A stretch of DNA of 64,000 bases from Anaerolineae bacterium (GTDB lineage: Bacteria; Chloroflexota; Anaerolineae; Anaerolineales; E44-bin32): contig BTQZ01000004.1 in the NCBI GenBank assembly GCA_036986135.1, positions 44,093-108,092 of the forward strand. The letters are read 5' to 3'. Of the stretch, positions 63,926 to 64,000 are shown piece after piece (positions within the stretch are counted from its first letter, which is position 1; each line of letters begins with the position of its first letter). The notes beneath the pieces are model-generated. The model did no database searches and was not told the origin of the DNA. It saw only the letters and a program-made list of their open reading frames with translations. The position numbers were made by a program, and so were the translations under genes.

Positions 63926-64000
63926 GCCGCTCTGGCACATCGGAGGACTCTCCAGGATGATCACGGCTTCTTCCATTTTCTGTCTGAACACGTCTTCCTC

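Noticed and set aside
1-64000. Scan for CRISPR arrays, rRNA/tRNA genes, transposases, integrases, phage or defence-system genes
   Set aside because: I noticed no periodic repeats, no conserved rRNA/tRNA sequence blocks and no mobility or defence-type ORFs. Absence is by eye only and should be confirmed with tRNAscan-SE, Infernal and HMM searches.

Overview
GC-rich, densely coding bacterial chromosomal window with about 60 protein genes. I saw no rRNA, tRNA, CRISPR array, transposase or integrase. All calls come from reading the ORF translations and DNA by eye (motif recall, no database searches). The protein repertoire (DUF3105, DUF1573, Ser/Thr kinase with PD40 propeller, DUF1800/DUF1501) suggests a Chloroflexota-like organism, but that is inference only. 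The window has three blocks. (1) 0-27 kb, almost all minus strand: DUF2207 envelope pair, PLP enzyme, GT2, thrC. Then a nucleoside/purine locus with a BMP-type ABC importer, two adenine-deaminase paralogues, carbamate kinase, two non-canonical carbamoyltransferases and a GntR regulator. Then folD, a Ser/Thr kinase, an M14 peptidase, a decayed DUF1800/DUF1501 pair and an ECF sigma/anti-sigma operon with two paralogous membrane proteins. (2) 27-46 kb: a metal and thiol-redox island with an FTR1 iron permease, a split GlcDEF-like oxidase, and a CcdA/DsbD-like protein followed by a DsbA-like gene. In that DsbA-like gene the first active-site Cys codon is an in-frame TGA (candidate selenoprotein). 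The island continues with two ArsR-regulated efflux units (P1B ATPase, CDF), a MacB/FtsX ABC pump and a MerR/CueR-controlled copZ / methyltransferase / copA-like unit with recognisable operators. (3) 46-63 kb, minus strand: acs plus a tightly packed IclR-headed catabolic array. It mixes a sugar ABC importer, the KDG kinase/aldolase pair, dehydrogenases, an aminotransferase and two peptidase-family hydrolases. The most interesting single signal is the U-P-Y-C candidate selenocysteine site at 33868..33870.
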